The notes beneath the pieces were generated by a model that worked only from the letters and a program-made list of their open reading frames with translations, did no database searches and was not told the origin of the DNA. The position numbers were made by a program, and so were the translations under genes. From an uncultured Gammaproteobacteria bacterium (lineage in GTDB: Bacteria; Pseudomonadota; Gammaproteobacteria; Thiotrichales; Thiotrichaceae), in the NCBI GenBank assembly GCA_963807855.1, contig CAWEEB010000038.1:76158-140157 (forward strand): a DNA stretch of 64,000 bases. The letters run 5' to 3'. Below, one piece after another: positions 1 to 10,343 of the stretch. Position 1 is the first letter of the stretch; each line of letters begins with the position of its first letter.

Positions 1-175
1 GCAATTTGTTCTCTAAAGTCTTTTACAATAGCCATATATCAAATTGAAAGCGACCCCTTATCTTGAGATAACGTTGTTACAAAAACTCATTTTAGATATC
101 AACATATAATAATTAAATTCGAACAAATCATTGTTCATAAATTCAGTTAACTAATTTTCTTGGAAGGACTCCCTG

Positions 176-2692
176 ATGAAATTTAATGGAACTCTATCTA
201 TAGTTTTTGCTGCATCTTTATCTGCATTTTTATCTGCATGTGGTGGAGGCAGTTCTTCTAGCGTTTCATCAACTACAAACAATTCCAGTTCAACCACAAA
301 CAACAGTAGTACTGTGAATATTCAAGCACCCTCTGTAGTAGCTTTGCCCAGAGTGATCAATCCCATCAACTGGAAGAATTCACACCTACTCAATTCTCAA
401 AGCAATACTGACCTAAATATAGAGGTGGTTGGTACTGAACTACTTATAAACATTGAATCCGATAACCTAAGCGTAGGAAACCACGTTCAGATCTATCTTG
501 ATACTGATAATAATGCTGGTACAGGTTTTCAGTTCGAGAATCAGGCATGGTCTAAAAGCGGAGTTGATTACATTATCGAAGACGGTTATATATTCAAGTC
601 GACTGCAAGCGATACGACCTGGAGCTGGAATAATGATATTAGTGATATCTCTTACGGTGTAAGACTGGATGAATTGAACATCAGTATAGATCTCTCACTA
701 CTGGGTGATATCTGTAACAGCATCAATGTGGGAGTAATAACTCGTGATAATGACTGGGATATTGCAACTTTCTATCCTATATCCGCTCGTATGCAATCTT
801 TTAAGGTTTCATATTGTTCAACAACTCCTGATGATACCGAAGCTCCTGTTCTTACTTTAACTGGTGCAAACCCATTGAACCTTGAAGTTGGTTCTATCTA
901 TAGTGAATTAGGTGCTACCGCTATTGATAATCTTGACGGTGATATTAACGCTAATATCCTTATAACCTCAAACGTGAACACTTCCATAGCTGGAAATTAT
1001 ACTGTCAACTATGAAATCATAGATAACGCATTGAATAGAGCCACCTCAATCCGAACAGTCATCGTTACCGAGGCAACTCCTGAAGGAATTACCGTTGACG
1101 GAAATGGATCGGATTGGGCAACAATTCCAGCTTTAGTGAGCTCATCTAATGGCATTATGAAAGTCACTGATGATGCTAAAAAAATCTACATTTTAATTAA
1201 CGCTGAAAATCTCAATGAAAATACACAAATTTTCATGGATACAGATAATCAGGCTAGTACTGGTCTGGACCTAGCTTCACATATAAACACCTGGAATGCA
1301 GGTGCTGATTACATTCTTGAAAATAACTCTCTGGATAAATCCACAAGCAACTCACCACAATGGTCTTGGAATTATGGTATAGCTGATATTGAGTTTGCCA
1401 AAGTTGGTAATATTCTAGAAGCTGCGATTAAGAAGTCTGACTTTGAATATCTAGGAAACAAAATTCCAATGGCATTTATCAGTAGCGATGAAAACTGGAA
1501 TATACAGTATCAAATCCCTGTTCAAGCAATGCCAGTTTATTCTTTACAGTTTCCTGCAAACTCAGATCAAGTAAGTGCCAATAACGATAATGTAACTGTT
1601 GCAAATTCTGGAACAATCAATATTGATGTTTTAGCCAATGATATTTCTTATTCCGGTAGTGCTCTTAAAATTCTTGCTTTACAAGCTGGCCCTGATCATG
1701 GAAACGCTAGTATTGAGTCTAATAAAATTAAGTATGTTGCGGATACAGGCTTTACAGGCATAGACACTATAACTTATACGATTATTGATGTTGCAACTGG
1801 ACAGCACCAGGATGTTGCTGTTGTAACAATCGAGGTGTCTGCACCCAACAATAACGCACCTATAGCAAATGATGATTCAGCCAGTACTGTACAGAACACT
1901 CAGATAGCAGTGGATGTTTTGGATAATGATAGTGACGCAGATAATGATAATTTAACCATTACCATCATTGATCCACCCGTTAATGGTCAAGTTGTAGTAT
2001 CTGCTAATAACACTATCTATACACCAAATACAGATTTCATTGGTAGTGATACCTTGACTTATAAAATCAGTGATGGAAATGGAGGTACTGATACCGCTAA
2101 AGTAACAATAACTGTAACTCAAGCGCCTAATAATGCACCTGATGCAGTAGAAGATGTTGCTGCCGTAGATTTTGATAAAACTGTCTTAGTAGATGTCTTG
2201 GCAAACGATACAGACCCGGATGGTGATACTTTATCGGTTCAGTCTATTGTTCAACCTTCAGTAGGAACAGCAGTACTCAATAATGATGGAACAATTCTGG
2301 TTGATCCGGATGGCAATATTGGCAGCATTTCAGTACTCTATACAGTCACTGACGGACGTGGTGGCACAGATTCGGCAACGTTAACGATTGCAAGTACTGA
2401 CCCTAATGATGGAAATGATGCTTACCCGGATATTACCAATGAAGTAGTGACTACACCTAAAAACACACCAATCTTTATCGATGTATTGGCAAATGATTCT
2501 GATGCGGATGGTGATGTTCTGGTACTTGATCAGGTTGACCAGGGTGAAAATGGAACAACGAGTAAAGTAAATGGTGGCGTTTTATATACGCCTAATCCTG
2601 GGTTCACTGGTACCGATATTTTCTACTACGGTGTTCATGATGGTCATGGCCACAATGGTTCAGGTAATGTAACGATTACTATAACCCAGTAA
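176..2692 (+). CDS. Large surface lipoprotein with Ig-like/cadherin-like (Big_9/tandem-95-type) repeats
   Basis: Lipobox LSAC then Ser/Thr/Asn linker; two copies of a QI(Y/F)xDTDNxxxTG...GxDYIxE domain; a DUF5011-like Ig module (DTEAPVLTLTGANPL...GATAIDNLDGDI); four 'APxAxDD...IDVLANDxDxDGD...YTP...F.G.D..TY' repeats. Confidence 0.75.
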   Translation: MKFNGTLSIVFAASLSAFLSACGGGSSSSVSSTTNNSSSTTNNSSTVNIQAPSVVALPRVINPINWKNSHLLNSQSNTDLNIEVVGTELLINIESDNLSVGNHVQIYLDTDNNAGTGFQFENQAWSKSGVDYIIEDGYIFKSTASDTTWSWNNDISDISYGVRLDELNISIDLSLLGDICNSINVGVITRDNDWDIATFYPISARMQSFKVSYCSTTPDDTEAPVLTLTGANPLNLEVGSIYSELGATAIDNLDGDINANILITSNVNTSIAGNYTVNYEIIDNALNRATSIRTVIVTEATPEGITVDGNGSDWATIPALVSSSNGIMKVTDDAKKIYILINAENLNENTQIFMDTDNQASTGLDLASHINTWNAGADYILENNSLDKSTSNSPQWSWNYGIADIEFAKVGNILEAAIKKSDFEYLGNKIPMAFISSDENWNIQYQIPVQAMPVYSLQFPANSDQVSANNDNVTVANSGTINIDVLANDISYSGSALKILALQAGPDHGNASIESNKIKYVADTGFTGIDTITYTIIDVATGQHQDVAVVTIEVSAPNNNAPIANDDSASTVQNTQIAVDVLDNDSDADNDNLTITIIDPPVNGQVVVSANNTIYTPNTDFIGSDTLTYKISDGNGGTDTAKVTITVTQAPNNAPDAVEDVAAVDFDKTVLVDVLANDTDPDGDTLSVQSIVQPSVGTAVLNNDGTILVDPDGNIGSISVLYTVTDGRGGTDSATLTIASTDPNDGNDAYPDITNEVVTTPKNTPIFIDVLANDSDADGDVLVLDQVDQGENGTTSKVNGGVLYTPNPGFTGTDIFYYGVHDGHGHNGSGNVTITITQ

Positions 2693-2711
2693 GATCGAAC
2701 ATCAGCAGACC

Positions 2712-2745
2712 AAAAAAGCCAGGGAATCTCCTTGGCTTTTTTTTT
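2712..2745 (+). terminator. Rho-independent terminator
   Basis: AAAAAAGCCAGGGA-ATC-TCCTTGGCTTTTTTTTT hairpin plus U-tract about 20 bp after the stop at 2692. Confidence 0.8.
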
Positions 2746-2767
2746 GAAAGCGTGTTTAACTCAATCC

Positions 2768-3133
2768 ATGACTAGTATTTATAAAAATGACCATATTCGT
2801 ATAGAAGTGGAAGACTCAGAAATCCCGTGGTTAAAAATCTTTGCTCAAGATAACTGTAAAGAAATGACTGATTGCGACCAAGAAACCAAGCAACAGATTT
2901 GGACTCTCCTAGACTTAATCGAGCGCGAAATGCTGGACTATTTCAAACCCGAAAAAATTAATATTGCTTCATTTGCGAATTATGTTCCGCAAGTCCATTG
3001 GCATATCATGGCGCGTTTTAAAGATGATAGCTTCTTCCCGGAACCCATGTGGGGGAAAAGCAACGCAGAAGCTAATTTAAACTATCCAGATATGGATTTG
3101 TTTATCAAACAGCTTGTAGAGAAAATCTCTTAA
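2768..3133 (+). CDS. HIT family protein
   Basis: KINIASFANYVPQVHWHIMARF (HIT-like motif); ATG at 2768 preferred because the TTG at 2732 lies inside the terminator. Confidence 0.85.
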   Translation: MTSIYKNDHIRIEVEDSEIPWLKIFAQDNCKEMTDCDQETKQQIWTLLDLIEREMLDYFKPEKINIASFANYVPQVHWHIMARFKDDSFFPEPMWGKSNAEANLNYPDMDLFIKQLVEKIS

Positions 3134-3146
3134 ACTGTTAAGGGAT

Positions 3147-3857
3147 TTATTTCGAAGACAATTGCTCTTTCAAAAAGGTCATATAACCTTCCATAAATAC
3201 AAAGTTCTCAGCTGCCTGTTTTACATCCTGGCCTTCAGCATCTAACTTATTCAACAAGTTCTCACTTTGAGTTAGGAGAAAACCCATCTGCTCTTGATCA
3301 AACAGCTGGGTAGCTAACGCCAAATCATCTTTTTCGGCAGATAATAAAGTAGGCACAAGATCATCATTCTCAATCGGTGATTCAGGGTCGAGAATATCAG
3401 CAACCAGTTTCGATTCGAGAAATGCAAAATTTGCTTCACGTGCAGCCTCTTCCTGATCTAACTCCTGCAATGCTTTCGCATCATTTCCTGCACCTTTACG
3501 AACTGATTGCATGATTACTGCCAGTAACTTTTTTATAGATTCCTGAACTTTGACCTGATCATCTGCAACGCTGACTGAAGCCGCATACAGCTTATCCAGA
3601 CCATCTTTCACTTCAAGAATCACTTCACTGTCTTCGTTAGGTTTAAGCGCAATTGCTTTGGTCATTAGATCACGAAAATCAGACATGAACTGTTGCAGAA
3701 TATCATGATCTTTTTTCTGGTTTTCCTGTAAAGAGTCACTATCTACTTCCGTTTGACGTGCTCCAAACAAGACATTATTACTACGACGAATTAAATGACG
3801 CTCGTGTGCACCAGGGTTTTCGCTAGGATAAAAAATCCCGTCGATTTTATCTTCCAT
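3147..3857 (-). CDS. Conserved hypothetical protein (alpha-helical, acidic)
   Basis: 236-aa ORF with ATG start and natural composition; N-terminal PGAHERHLIRR motif; no function recognised. Confidence 0.7.
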   Translation of the reverse strand: MEDKIDGIFYPSENPGAHERHLIRRSNNVLFGARQTEVDSDSLQENQKKDHDILQQFMSDFRDLMTKAIALKPNEDSEVILEVKDGLDKLYAASVSVADDQVKVQESIKKLLAVIMQSVRKGAGNDAKALQELDQEEAAREANFAFLESKLVADILDPESPIENDDLVPTLLSAEKDDLALATQLFDQEQMGFLLTQSENLLNKLDAEGQDVKQAAENFVFMEGYMTFLKEQLSSK

Positions 3858-3955
3858 GAAAAAGGTCTCATAGGATGGTTTAAGAGAAGACTATGCTAAC
3901 ATGATCGCGATTTAGATTAAGTATCACTATTGGGTCATAACATTGATAAAATTAT

Positions 3956-3971
3956 CACCCCCCTACTTTTT
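3956..3971 (+). repeat. Dispersed C6 motif copy 1
   Basis: CACCCCCCTACTTTTT in the divergent intergenic region before trpD; core only, second T-tract not in register. Confidence 0.85.
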
Positions 3972-4133
3972 ATTGACAAATCGTTTTTGTTTTATAAAAA
4001 CGAAATTGGAATTTATGCTTTGCGAGCCTGTTTTTTTGATTGGTGAAAGTTGAAGTGATTGCTCTAACATCTGAAAAACTTCCATGTTAATATTCCCTGC
4101 CATCCAGAAATGACTATTTAACGTAAATATAAA

Positions 4134-5150
4134 ATGAATATCCAATCAGCAATTAACAAAGCTATTGAAAAAGAAAACCTCAGCATCGACGAAATGACTG
4201 ATGTTATGCACCAGATAATGACCGGCCAGGCGACTGATGCGCAAATTGGTGGATTCCTTATAGCCATGCGCATGAAAGGCGAAACGGTTGAAGAAATTAC
4301 AGCCGCTGCAAGTGTAATGCGTTCACTGGCTACACCGGTAGATTTAGATAAAGAAAAACTGGTCGAAATTGTCGGCACAGGAGGTGATGGCAGCAGCACT
4401 TTCAATGTTTCAACAGCGAGCTGCTTTGTCGTAGCCGCTGCTGGAGCACGAGTAGCGAAACACGGTAACCGTTCTGTATCGAGTAGCTCTGGTGCTGCGG
4501 ACTTATTAGAAGCCGCTGGCGTGAATCTGGAGATCAATGCAGATCAAGTTAAGCAATGCGTTGAAGATATTGGTGTTGGATTCATGTTTGCACCAAAACA
4601 TCACAGTGCAATGAAACATGCCATCGGCCCTAGAAAAGAAATGGGTGTACGAACCTTATTCAATTTACTCGGCCCTCTTACAAACCCTGCAGGAACTCCA
4701 AATCAGGTACTCGGTGTTTTCAGTAAAGACTGGGTAAGACCCATTGCAGAAGTGCTATTAAAATTAGGATCTAACCATGTCATGGTGGTTCATGGAAAAG
4801 ATGGTATGGATGAGATAAGTATTTCCGCTGAAACCTATGTGGCTGAACTTAAAGATGGTGAAATAAAAGAGTACACGATCAAACCTGAGGACTTCGGCTT
4901 TAGCCAGAATCCTATCAGTCATATCCGGGTTAAGGATGCCCAGGAAAGCCTGGAAATGGTGAATTCTGTTTTGAATAACGAAAACAGCCCAGCCAGAGAT
5001 ATCGTCGCCTTAAATGCCGGTGCAGCAATCTATGTTGCTGGTTTAACCGCATCTCATAAAGCCGGTGTTGAACGAGCACTCGAAGTCATCGAATCGGGTG
5101 AAGCGCGTCAAAAATTACTCGACCTTATTAATGAATCAAACTCGTTTTGA
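4134..5150 (+). CDS. trpD: Anthranilate phosphoribosyltransferase
   Basis: [22 protein letters not shown] and [13 protein letters not shown] motifs. Confidence 0.97.
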   Translation: MNIQSAINKAIEKENLSIDEMTDVMHQIMTGQATDAQIGGFLIAMRMKGETVEEITAAASVMRSLATPVDLDKEKLVEIVGTGGDGSSTFNVSTASCFVVAAAGARVAKHGNRSVSSSSGAADLLEAAGVNLEINADQVKQCVEDIGVGFMFAPKHHSAMKHAIGPRKEMGVRTLFNLLGPLTNPAGTPNQVLGVFSKDWVRPIAEVLLKLGSNHVMVVHGKDGMDEISISAETYVAELKDGEIKEYTIKPEDFGFSQNPISHIRVKDAQESLEMVNSVLNNENSPARDIVALNAGAAIYVAGLTASHKAGVERALEVIESGEARQKLLDLINESNSF

Positions 5151-5164
5151 TGGAAATGCTCTAA

Positions 5165-5965
5165 ATGCAAAATAATACACCCGATATCCTGAAGAAGATC
5201 ATTCTTCGTAAAAAGCAAGAAATCGCTGAGCGTATCCAGAATCGCAGCATAGATAGTGTCATTCAAGACATTGAAAATTCGTCTCCAGTGCGTGGTTTTG
5301 TCAATTCAATGCAGCAACGAATCAATAATGGAGATGCTGCAGTCATTGCTGAAATCAAAAAAGCATCTCCCAGCAAAGGCGTAATGCGTGAGAATTTTAT
5401 GCCTGCAGAAATTGCCAAAAGTTATGAAAAAGGTGGAGCCAGTTGCCTATCTGTTCTAACAGATATTGATTTCTTTCAGGGCTCTGATGAGTATTTGCAA
5501 GAAGCCAGAGCAGCCTGTGAGTTACCCGTTATTCGTAAAGATTTTATCGTAGACCCCTATCAGGTTTACGAGGCTCGTGCGATGGGGGCTGATTGTATTT
5601 TATTGATTGTCGCGGTATTGAGCGATGAACAAATGACATCACTTTACAACCTTGCACGCGAGCTAGGTATGGATGTCTTAATAGAAGCACACGATGAAGA
5701 AGAACTAATGCGCTCCTTACCTTTGGAAGCTACGCTTGTAGGGATTAATAATCGTAATCTACGCAATTTTGAAACCTCGCTGGATACCACATTAGACCTT
5801 CTTGAAAAAATACCTGAAGATAGAATCGTCGTCACTGAAAGCGGCATTCATACAGCTGAACACGTAAAACTAATGCGCGATAACCATGTTAATGCTTTCC
5901 TGGTTGGTGAAGCATTTATGCGCGCAGAAAATCCTGGCGACGAGCTAAAAAAACTATTCTTCTAA
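5165..5965 (+). CDS. trpC: Indole-3-glycerol phosphate synthase
   Basis: [29 protein letters not shown] and ESGI motifs. Confidence 0.97.
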   Translation: MQNNTPDILKKIILRKKQEIAERIQNRSIDSVIQDIENSSPVRGFVNSMQQRINNGDAAVIAEIKKASPSKGVMRENFMPAEIAKSYEKGGASCLSVLTDIDFFQGSDEYLQEARAACELPVIRKDFIVDPYQVYEARAMGADCILLIVAVLSDEQMTSLYNLARELGMDVLIEAHDEEELMRSLPLEATLVGINNRNLRNFETSLDTTLDLLEKIPEDRIVVTESGIHTAEHVKLMRDNHVNAFLVGEAFMRAENPGDELKKLFF

Positions 5966-6016
5966 ATTTTAATATAAGCAACTTAAAGATTGGCTGCTAA
6001 TTGGTAACTCTTACCT

Positions 6017-6838
6017 ATGTTCACTTATCCTGAAATTGATCCAATTCTCATCCATTTCACCGAAACTACTGGTGTACGCTGGTATGGTTTAATGTATGTG
6101 ATTGGCTTTATTGCATTCCTCGTTTTAGGGAAAATCAGAGCCAGACGTCCGCATAGCCCAGTCAAACCTGAACAAGTCGATGACATCATGTTTTATGGTG
6201 CGATTGGCGTAATCGCTGGTGGCAGAATTGGTGAAATGTTCTTTTATCAGTTCTCAGAACTTATGGCTGATCCGATGAAACTTTTTCGTTTATGGGAACC
6301 TGGCATGAGTTTTCATGGTGGCTTAATTGGTGTGTTAATTGCCATGTGGATACTCGCCAGAAAATGGAATTTACGCTTTTTACAGCTGGGTGATTTTATC
6401 GCTCCGATGGTTCCTATAGGTTTAGGCGCCGGCAGGATGGGTAATTTCATCAATGGTGAGCTTTGGGGTCGTCCTACCGATGTTCCCTGGGGAATGGTTT
6501 TCCCACATGTGGATAATCAAGCGAGACACGCCTCTCAGCTCTATGAGTTTATAGGTGAAGGTGTACTGCTATTTCTTTTTCTTTGGTTCTTTTCGAAAAA
6601 ACCACGCCCACTAGGGGCAGTCTCGGGACTATTTTTACTCGGTTACGGTGTTGCCCGTTCAACCGTAGAGTTTTTCAGAGTGCCAGATAATAGTGACTTC
6701 CTCGGAATCGAATGGCTCACACAGGGACAGTTATTATCGATCCCGATGATCATCGCAGGCATTGGATTACTTTTTTGGGCATACAAAAGTAACAATACAG
6801 ATACTAAACCCGGAGCACCAAAGGGAGCTAAAGCATGA
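6017..6838 (+). CDS. lgt: Prolipoprotein diacylglyceryl transferase
   Basis: [28 protein letters not shown] and HASQLYE motifs. Confidence 0.97.
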   Translation: MFTYPEIDPILIHFTETTGVRWYGLMYVIGFIAFLVLGKIRARRPHSPVKPEQVDDIMFYGAIGVIAGGRIGEMFFYQFSELMADPMKLFRLWEPGMSFHGGLIGVLIAMWILARKWNLRFLQLGDFIAPMVPIGLGAGRMGNFINGELWGRPTDVPWGMVFPHVDNQARHASQLYEFIGEGVLLFLFLWFFSKKPRPLGAVSGLFLLGYGVARSTVEFFRVPDNSDFLGIEWLTQGQLLSIPMIIAGIGLLFWAYKSNNTDTKPGAPKGAKA

Positions 6839-7629
6839 AACAATACCTGGATCTAATGCGTCACGTTTATGAAAACGGCACCGTTAAAGAAGACCGAACA
6901 GGCACAGGAACCAAGTCTGTTTTTGGTTATCAAGCACGCTATGACTTATCAGAAGGCTTCCCTTTAGTTACTACCAAAAAATGTCATCTGGGTTCTATCA
7001 TCCATGAATTATTATGGTTCTTAAAGGGTGATACCAATATCAAATACCTCAAAGACAACGGTGTGCGAATCTGGGATGAATGGGCCGATGAGGACGGAAA
7101 CTTAGGACCTGTATATGGTTCACAATGGCGTTCATGGCCCACTCCAGACGGTGGACATATTGATCAAATCAAAATGATCATCGATCAAATAAAAAACACA
7201 CCGGATTCACGTCGCATCATCGTTAGCGCCTGGAATGTTGCTGACGTTGAAAATATGGCACTTCCACCCTGTCATGCTTTTTTCCAGTTTTATGTTGCCG
7301 AAGGAAAGCTATCTTGCCAGCTTTATCAACGCAGTGCCGATATCTTCCTTGGAGTCCCGTTTAATATTGCCTCTTACGCACTTTTAACCATGATGGTGGC
7401 ACAAGTCACCGGACTGGAAGCCGGCGACTTTATCCATACCTTGGGCGATGCTCATTTGTATTCTAATCATATGGAACAAGCGGAATTACAATTAAGCCGC
7501 GAGCCTCTTCCATTACCTACCATGAAAATTAATCCGGCTGTTGATTCTATTTTCGACTTCAAATTCGAAGATTTCGAATTACAAAACTATGAAGCACATC
7601 CGCATATAAAAGGGCTTGTTGCTGTTTAA
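6835..7629 (+). CDS. thyA: Thymidylate synthase
   Basis: DRTGTGT, MALPPCH and [18 protein letters not shown] motifs; ATGA overlap with lgt. Confidence 0.98.
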   Translation: MKQYLDLMRHVYENGTVKEDRTGTGTKSVFGYQARYDLSEGFPLVTTKKCHLGSIIHELLWFLKGDTNIKYLKDNGVRIWDEWADEDGNLGPVYGSQWRSWPTPDGGHIDQIKMIIDQIKNTPDSRRIIVSAWNVADVENMALPPCHAFFQFYVAEGKLSCQLYQRSADIFLGVPFNIASYALLTMMVAQVTGLEAGDFIHTLGDAHLYSNHMEQAELQLSREPLPLPTMKINPAVDSIFDFKFEDFELQNYEAHPHIKGLVAV

Positions 7630-7637
7630 GAAATTGC

Positions 7638-7692
7638 CACCCCCCTACTTTTAAGCACTTTTTATTAAAATACAGCTAAAAGTCGGGGGGTG
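7638..7692. repeat. Inverted pair of C6 motif copies (copy 2 on +, copy 3 on -), possible terminator
   Basis: CACCCCCCTACTTTTAAGCACTTTTT (7638-7663) and the reverse complement of CACCCCCCGACTTTTAGCTGTATTTT (7667-7692). Confidence 0.85.
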
Positions 7693-7818
7693 TACTCAAC
7701 ATTTTTATTCTCCCTAATTGATATCTGAATATTTTCTAATGTGAGAATGCATTTTTCTAACTTGTTCAATACACGATATTAGCTACACTCTATCTATAAA
7801 TTTCACAGAGAAAACTTC

Positions 7819-8925
7819 ATGACAAACACTATACCCAAGGCCATGACAGCCGTTTTACTCACTGGGCATGGAGGTATGGATAAGCTTGAATACCGTGATG
7901 ATATCCCCACCCCAAAACCTAAAGCCAACGAAGTATTAATTAAAATAACAGCAGCAGGTATCAACAATACCGATATAAATACACGTATTGCCTGGTATTC
8001 AAAATCGGTAACTACTGCGACCGATGAAGGTGCAACACAAGGCTTTAATGATGCAGATAACGATGACAGCTCGTGGTCAGGCGCGTCCATTCAATTCCCC
8101 CGAATACAAGGTGCAGATGTCTGTGGTGTGATTGTAGCAGTGGGTGAAGAAATTGATGAAAGCCGAATCGGCGAACGCGTTTTAGTGAGAAGCATCATGC
8201 AAACTTACACAAACTTTCGCCCCTATGAATGCTGGACTTTTGGTTCAGAAATTGATGGAGGTTTCGCCCAGTTTACAGTCGCACCTGCAGCAGAAAGTTA
8301 TGCAGTAAATAGTGACTGGAGCGATGCTGAACTCGCCTCAATCCCTTGTGCTTATTCTACCGCTGAAAACATGCTGCATAGGGCTAATGTAAAAGCGGGT
8401 GAAACGGTCTTGATAACCGGGGCATCAGGTGGCGTTGGTTCTGCTGCTGTACAACTCACAAAGCGCCGTGGTGCCAAAGTCATTGCCGTCACCAGTGAAT
8501 CCAAGGCTGATGAAGTTAAAGCCTTAGGCGCAGATGAATTAGTATTTCGCGGTCAATCCATCGTTGAAAAAATCGGTGCTGAACAGCTAGATGTTGTTAT
8601 CGATCTAGTTGCTGGAAATGATTGGCCTCAATTTTTGGAAGGGTTAAAGCGCGGGGGCCGTTATGCAACTGCAGGAGCAATTGCTGGGCCCATAGTAGAA
8701 CTTGATGTCAGAACACTTTATCTAAAAGACTTGTCTTTCTTTGGTTGTACTTTTCAGGATGAAATCGTTTTTCAAAATCTGGTGAAGTACATAGAAGCAG
8801 ACGAAATAAAACCGCTAGTAGCAAAAACATATCCACTGTCTAATATTGTCGAAGCACAAACTGACTTCTTGAAAAAAACACATACAGGAAAACTGGTACT
8901 AATACCTCCGGCAGTTAACTCCTAG
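7819..8925 (+). CDS. MDR-superfamily (zinc-binding alcohol dehydrogenase-like) oxidoreductase
   Basis: GINNTD, PRIQGADVCG, Rossmann motif VLITGASGGVGSAAVQ, C-terminal HTGKLVL. Confidence 0.88.
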   Translation: MTNTIPKAMTAVLLTGHGGMDKLEYRDDIPTPKPKANEVLIKITAAGINNTDINTRIAWYSKSVTTATDEGATQGFNDADNDDSSWSGASIQFPRIQGADVCGVIVAVGEEIDESRIGERVLVRSIMQTYTNFRPYECWTFGSEIDGGFAQFTVAPAAESYAVNSDWSDAELASIPCAYSTAENMLHRANVKAGETVLITGASGGVGSAAVQLTKRRGAKVIAVTSESKADEVKALGADELVFRGQSIVEKIGAEQLDVVIDLVAGNDWPQFLEGLKRGGRYATAGAIAGPIVELDVRTLYLKDLSFFGCTFQDEIVFQNLVKYIEADEIKPLVAKTYPLSNIVEAQTDFLKKTHTGKLVLIPPAVNS

Positions 8926-8937
8926 AATAAAAGTATA

Positions 8938-10062
8938 ATGAATATAGCATCCATAGAAACTTATCAAGTTGATCTACCCTACTCCGGAGGTGTTTATCGT
9001 CTTTCCGGTGGTCGGGAATTCCGTAGTTTCGATGCCACTATTGTCAAAGTAACAACAGACACAGGGATTGAAGGCTGGGGTGAAAGTACGCCATTCGGTT
9101 CTAACTATATAGCAGCTCATGCCAAGGGAGTCCGTGCGGGCTTAGAGGAAGTAGCCCCCAGCGTACTCGGGATGGACCCTCGTCAGTATGATCGCATCAA
9201 TGAAGCGATGGATAGTGCTCTGATGGGACACAATCACTCCAAAACTCCCATCGATGTGGCCTGCTGGGATATCTTCGGCAAATCAACAGGATTCCCGGTT
9301 TGTGATTTACTCGGTGGCAGAACGGGCAATATAATACCCCTCATTTCATCCATAAGCACCTCCACAGACCCCGAAGAAATGCGTAAGCGTGTTCAAAAAC
9401 ATAGAGAATTAGGATTTCTTGGGCATTCAATAAAAATAGGCTCATCAGAAGCAGAAGGCGGCCCAATGCTGGATGCTGAATTGATTAAAGCCTGCCTTGC
9501 TGAGAGAAAACCAGGCGAGTGGTTTTTAGTCGATGCAAATGGTGGACTTAGCGTAGAACACGCACTCAGGCTTTTGGTATTATTACCCAAAGATTTAGAC
9601 TTTGTACTGGAAGCCCCATGTGCCACCTGGGCAGAAACACAATCGCTTCGAAAACGCTGTAATATTCCTATTCTATTAGATGAGTTAGCACAAACAGAAG
9701 CAGATTTGATTCAAGCAATATCGCAGAATACCTGTGATGGGTTTGGCCTTAAAATTTCCAAGCAAGGCGGGCTAACCAAAACTCGTCGCCAACGAGAAAT
9801 TGCTACCGCATCAGGAAAAGTAATGTCTATTCAAGAAACAACTGGTTCAGAAATAGCTTTTGCTGTAATTTTGCATATGGCCCAATCTACACCCCCTCAT
9901 TTATTGAGGTGTGCTTTGGATACGCGCGCCATGGTTAACTTATCTACTGCTGAATTTGAAGCCCCGATTAATAACGGCGGCACCACGGCACCTACTACGC
10001 CTGGTTTAGGAATTACCCCGAATATCGATGTTTTAGGTTCTCCTTTTAAAACCTGGAACTGA
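8938..10062 (+). CDS. Mandelate racemase/muconate lactonizing enzyme (enolase superfamily), hydroxyproline/proline-betaine epimerase-like
   Basis: GWGESTPFG, KTPIDVACWDIFGK, SIK, metal ligands in VDAN / EAPC / LDE, C-terminal PGLG; subgroup assignment is from recall of HpbD-like proteins. Confidence 0.8.
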   Translation: MNIASIETYQVDLPYSGGVYRLSGGREFRSFDATIVKVTTDTGIEGWGESTPFGSNYIAAHAKGVRAGLEEVAPSVLGMDPRQYDRINEAMDSALMGHNHSKTPIDVACWDIFGKSTGFPVCDLLGGRTGNIIPLISSISTSTDPEEMRKRVQKHRELGFLGHSIKIGSSEAEGGPMLDAELIKACLAERKPGEWFLVDANGGLSVEHALRLLVLLPKDLDFVLEAPCATWAETQSLRKRCNIPILLDELAQTEADLIQAISQNTCDGFGLKISKQGGLTKTRRQREIATASGKVMSIQETTGSEIAFAVILHMAQSTPPHLLRCALDTRAMVNLSTAEFEAPINNGGTTAPTTPGLGITPNIDVLGSPFKTWN

Positions 10063-10089
10063 AGCCGCTAGTTACTGCCTATATCAAAA

Positions 10090-10198
10090 ATGAAAATTAA
10101 TCCAGATATGGACTCTTTATTCGACTTTAACATTCGTAATTTTTGAAAAGCAGAGTTATGAAACGCATCTTCATATAAAAGGGCCGGTGGTTGTTTAA
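10090..10198 (+). pseudogene. Degenerate duplicate of the thyA 3' end
   Basis: Allowing one indel it reads MKINPDMDSLFDF...FEKQSYETHLHIKGPVVV*, against thy[36 protein letters not shown] (7522-7629). Confidence 0.88.
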
Positions 10199-10204
10199 AA
10201 AACA

Positions 10205-10305
10205 CACCCCCCTACTTTTATGAGGTTTTTACAAAACCTCACTCTTCGAGTAATCGTCGCTACGCTCCAATATTGTCTCGGCTGCGCCTCGGCTTAGCAC
10301 TTTTT
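10205..10305 (+). repeat. C6 motif copy 4, long (~100 bp) form
   Basis: CACCCCCCTACTTTTATGAGGTTTTT followed by ...GTCGCTACGCTCCAATATTGTCTCGGCTGCGCCTCGGCTTAGCACTTTTT; aligns with 60020-60116 and 46285-46392. Confidence 0.85.
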
Positions 10306-10343
10306 ACTGCTAATGATAAACGCTTAGTGCGTGAAAGGATTAT

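Noticed and set aside
3956-3971. C6 motif as a FrmR/RcnR-type operator (C6 tract)
   Set aside because: Most copies lie downstream of genes or within CDSs and lack the flanking inverted repeats those repressors need.
4118-4537. Antisense and overlapping short ORFs in the six-frame track (for example 4118-4537, 39860-40267, 31098-31424, 55071-55325)
   Set aside because: They are shadows of well-supported genes, with no recognisable motifs or RBS.
7638-7692. C6 motif as a simple Rho-independent terminator family
   Set aside because: Only this locus forms an inverted pair; most copies are solitary, non-palindromic and oriented independently of transcription.
9890-9906. CACCCCCTCATTTATT in the racemase gene
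   Set aside because: Only a partial match, with no second T-tract; could be chance.
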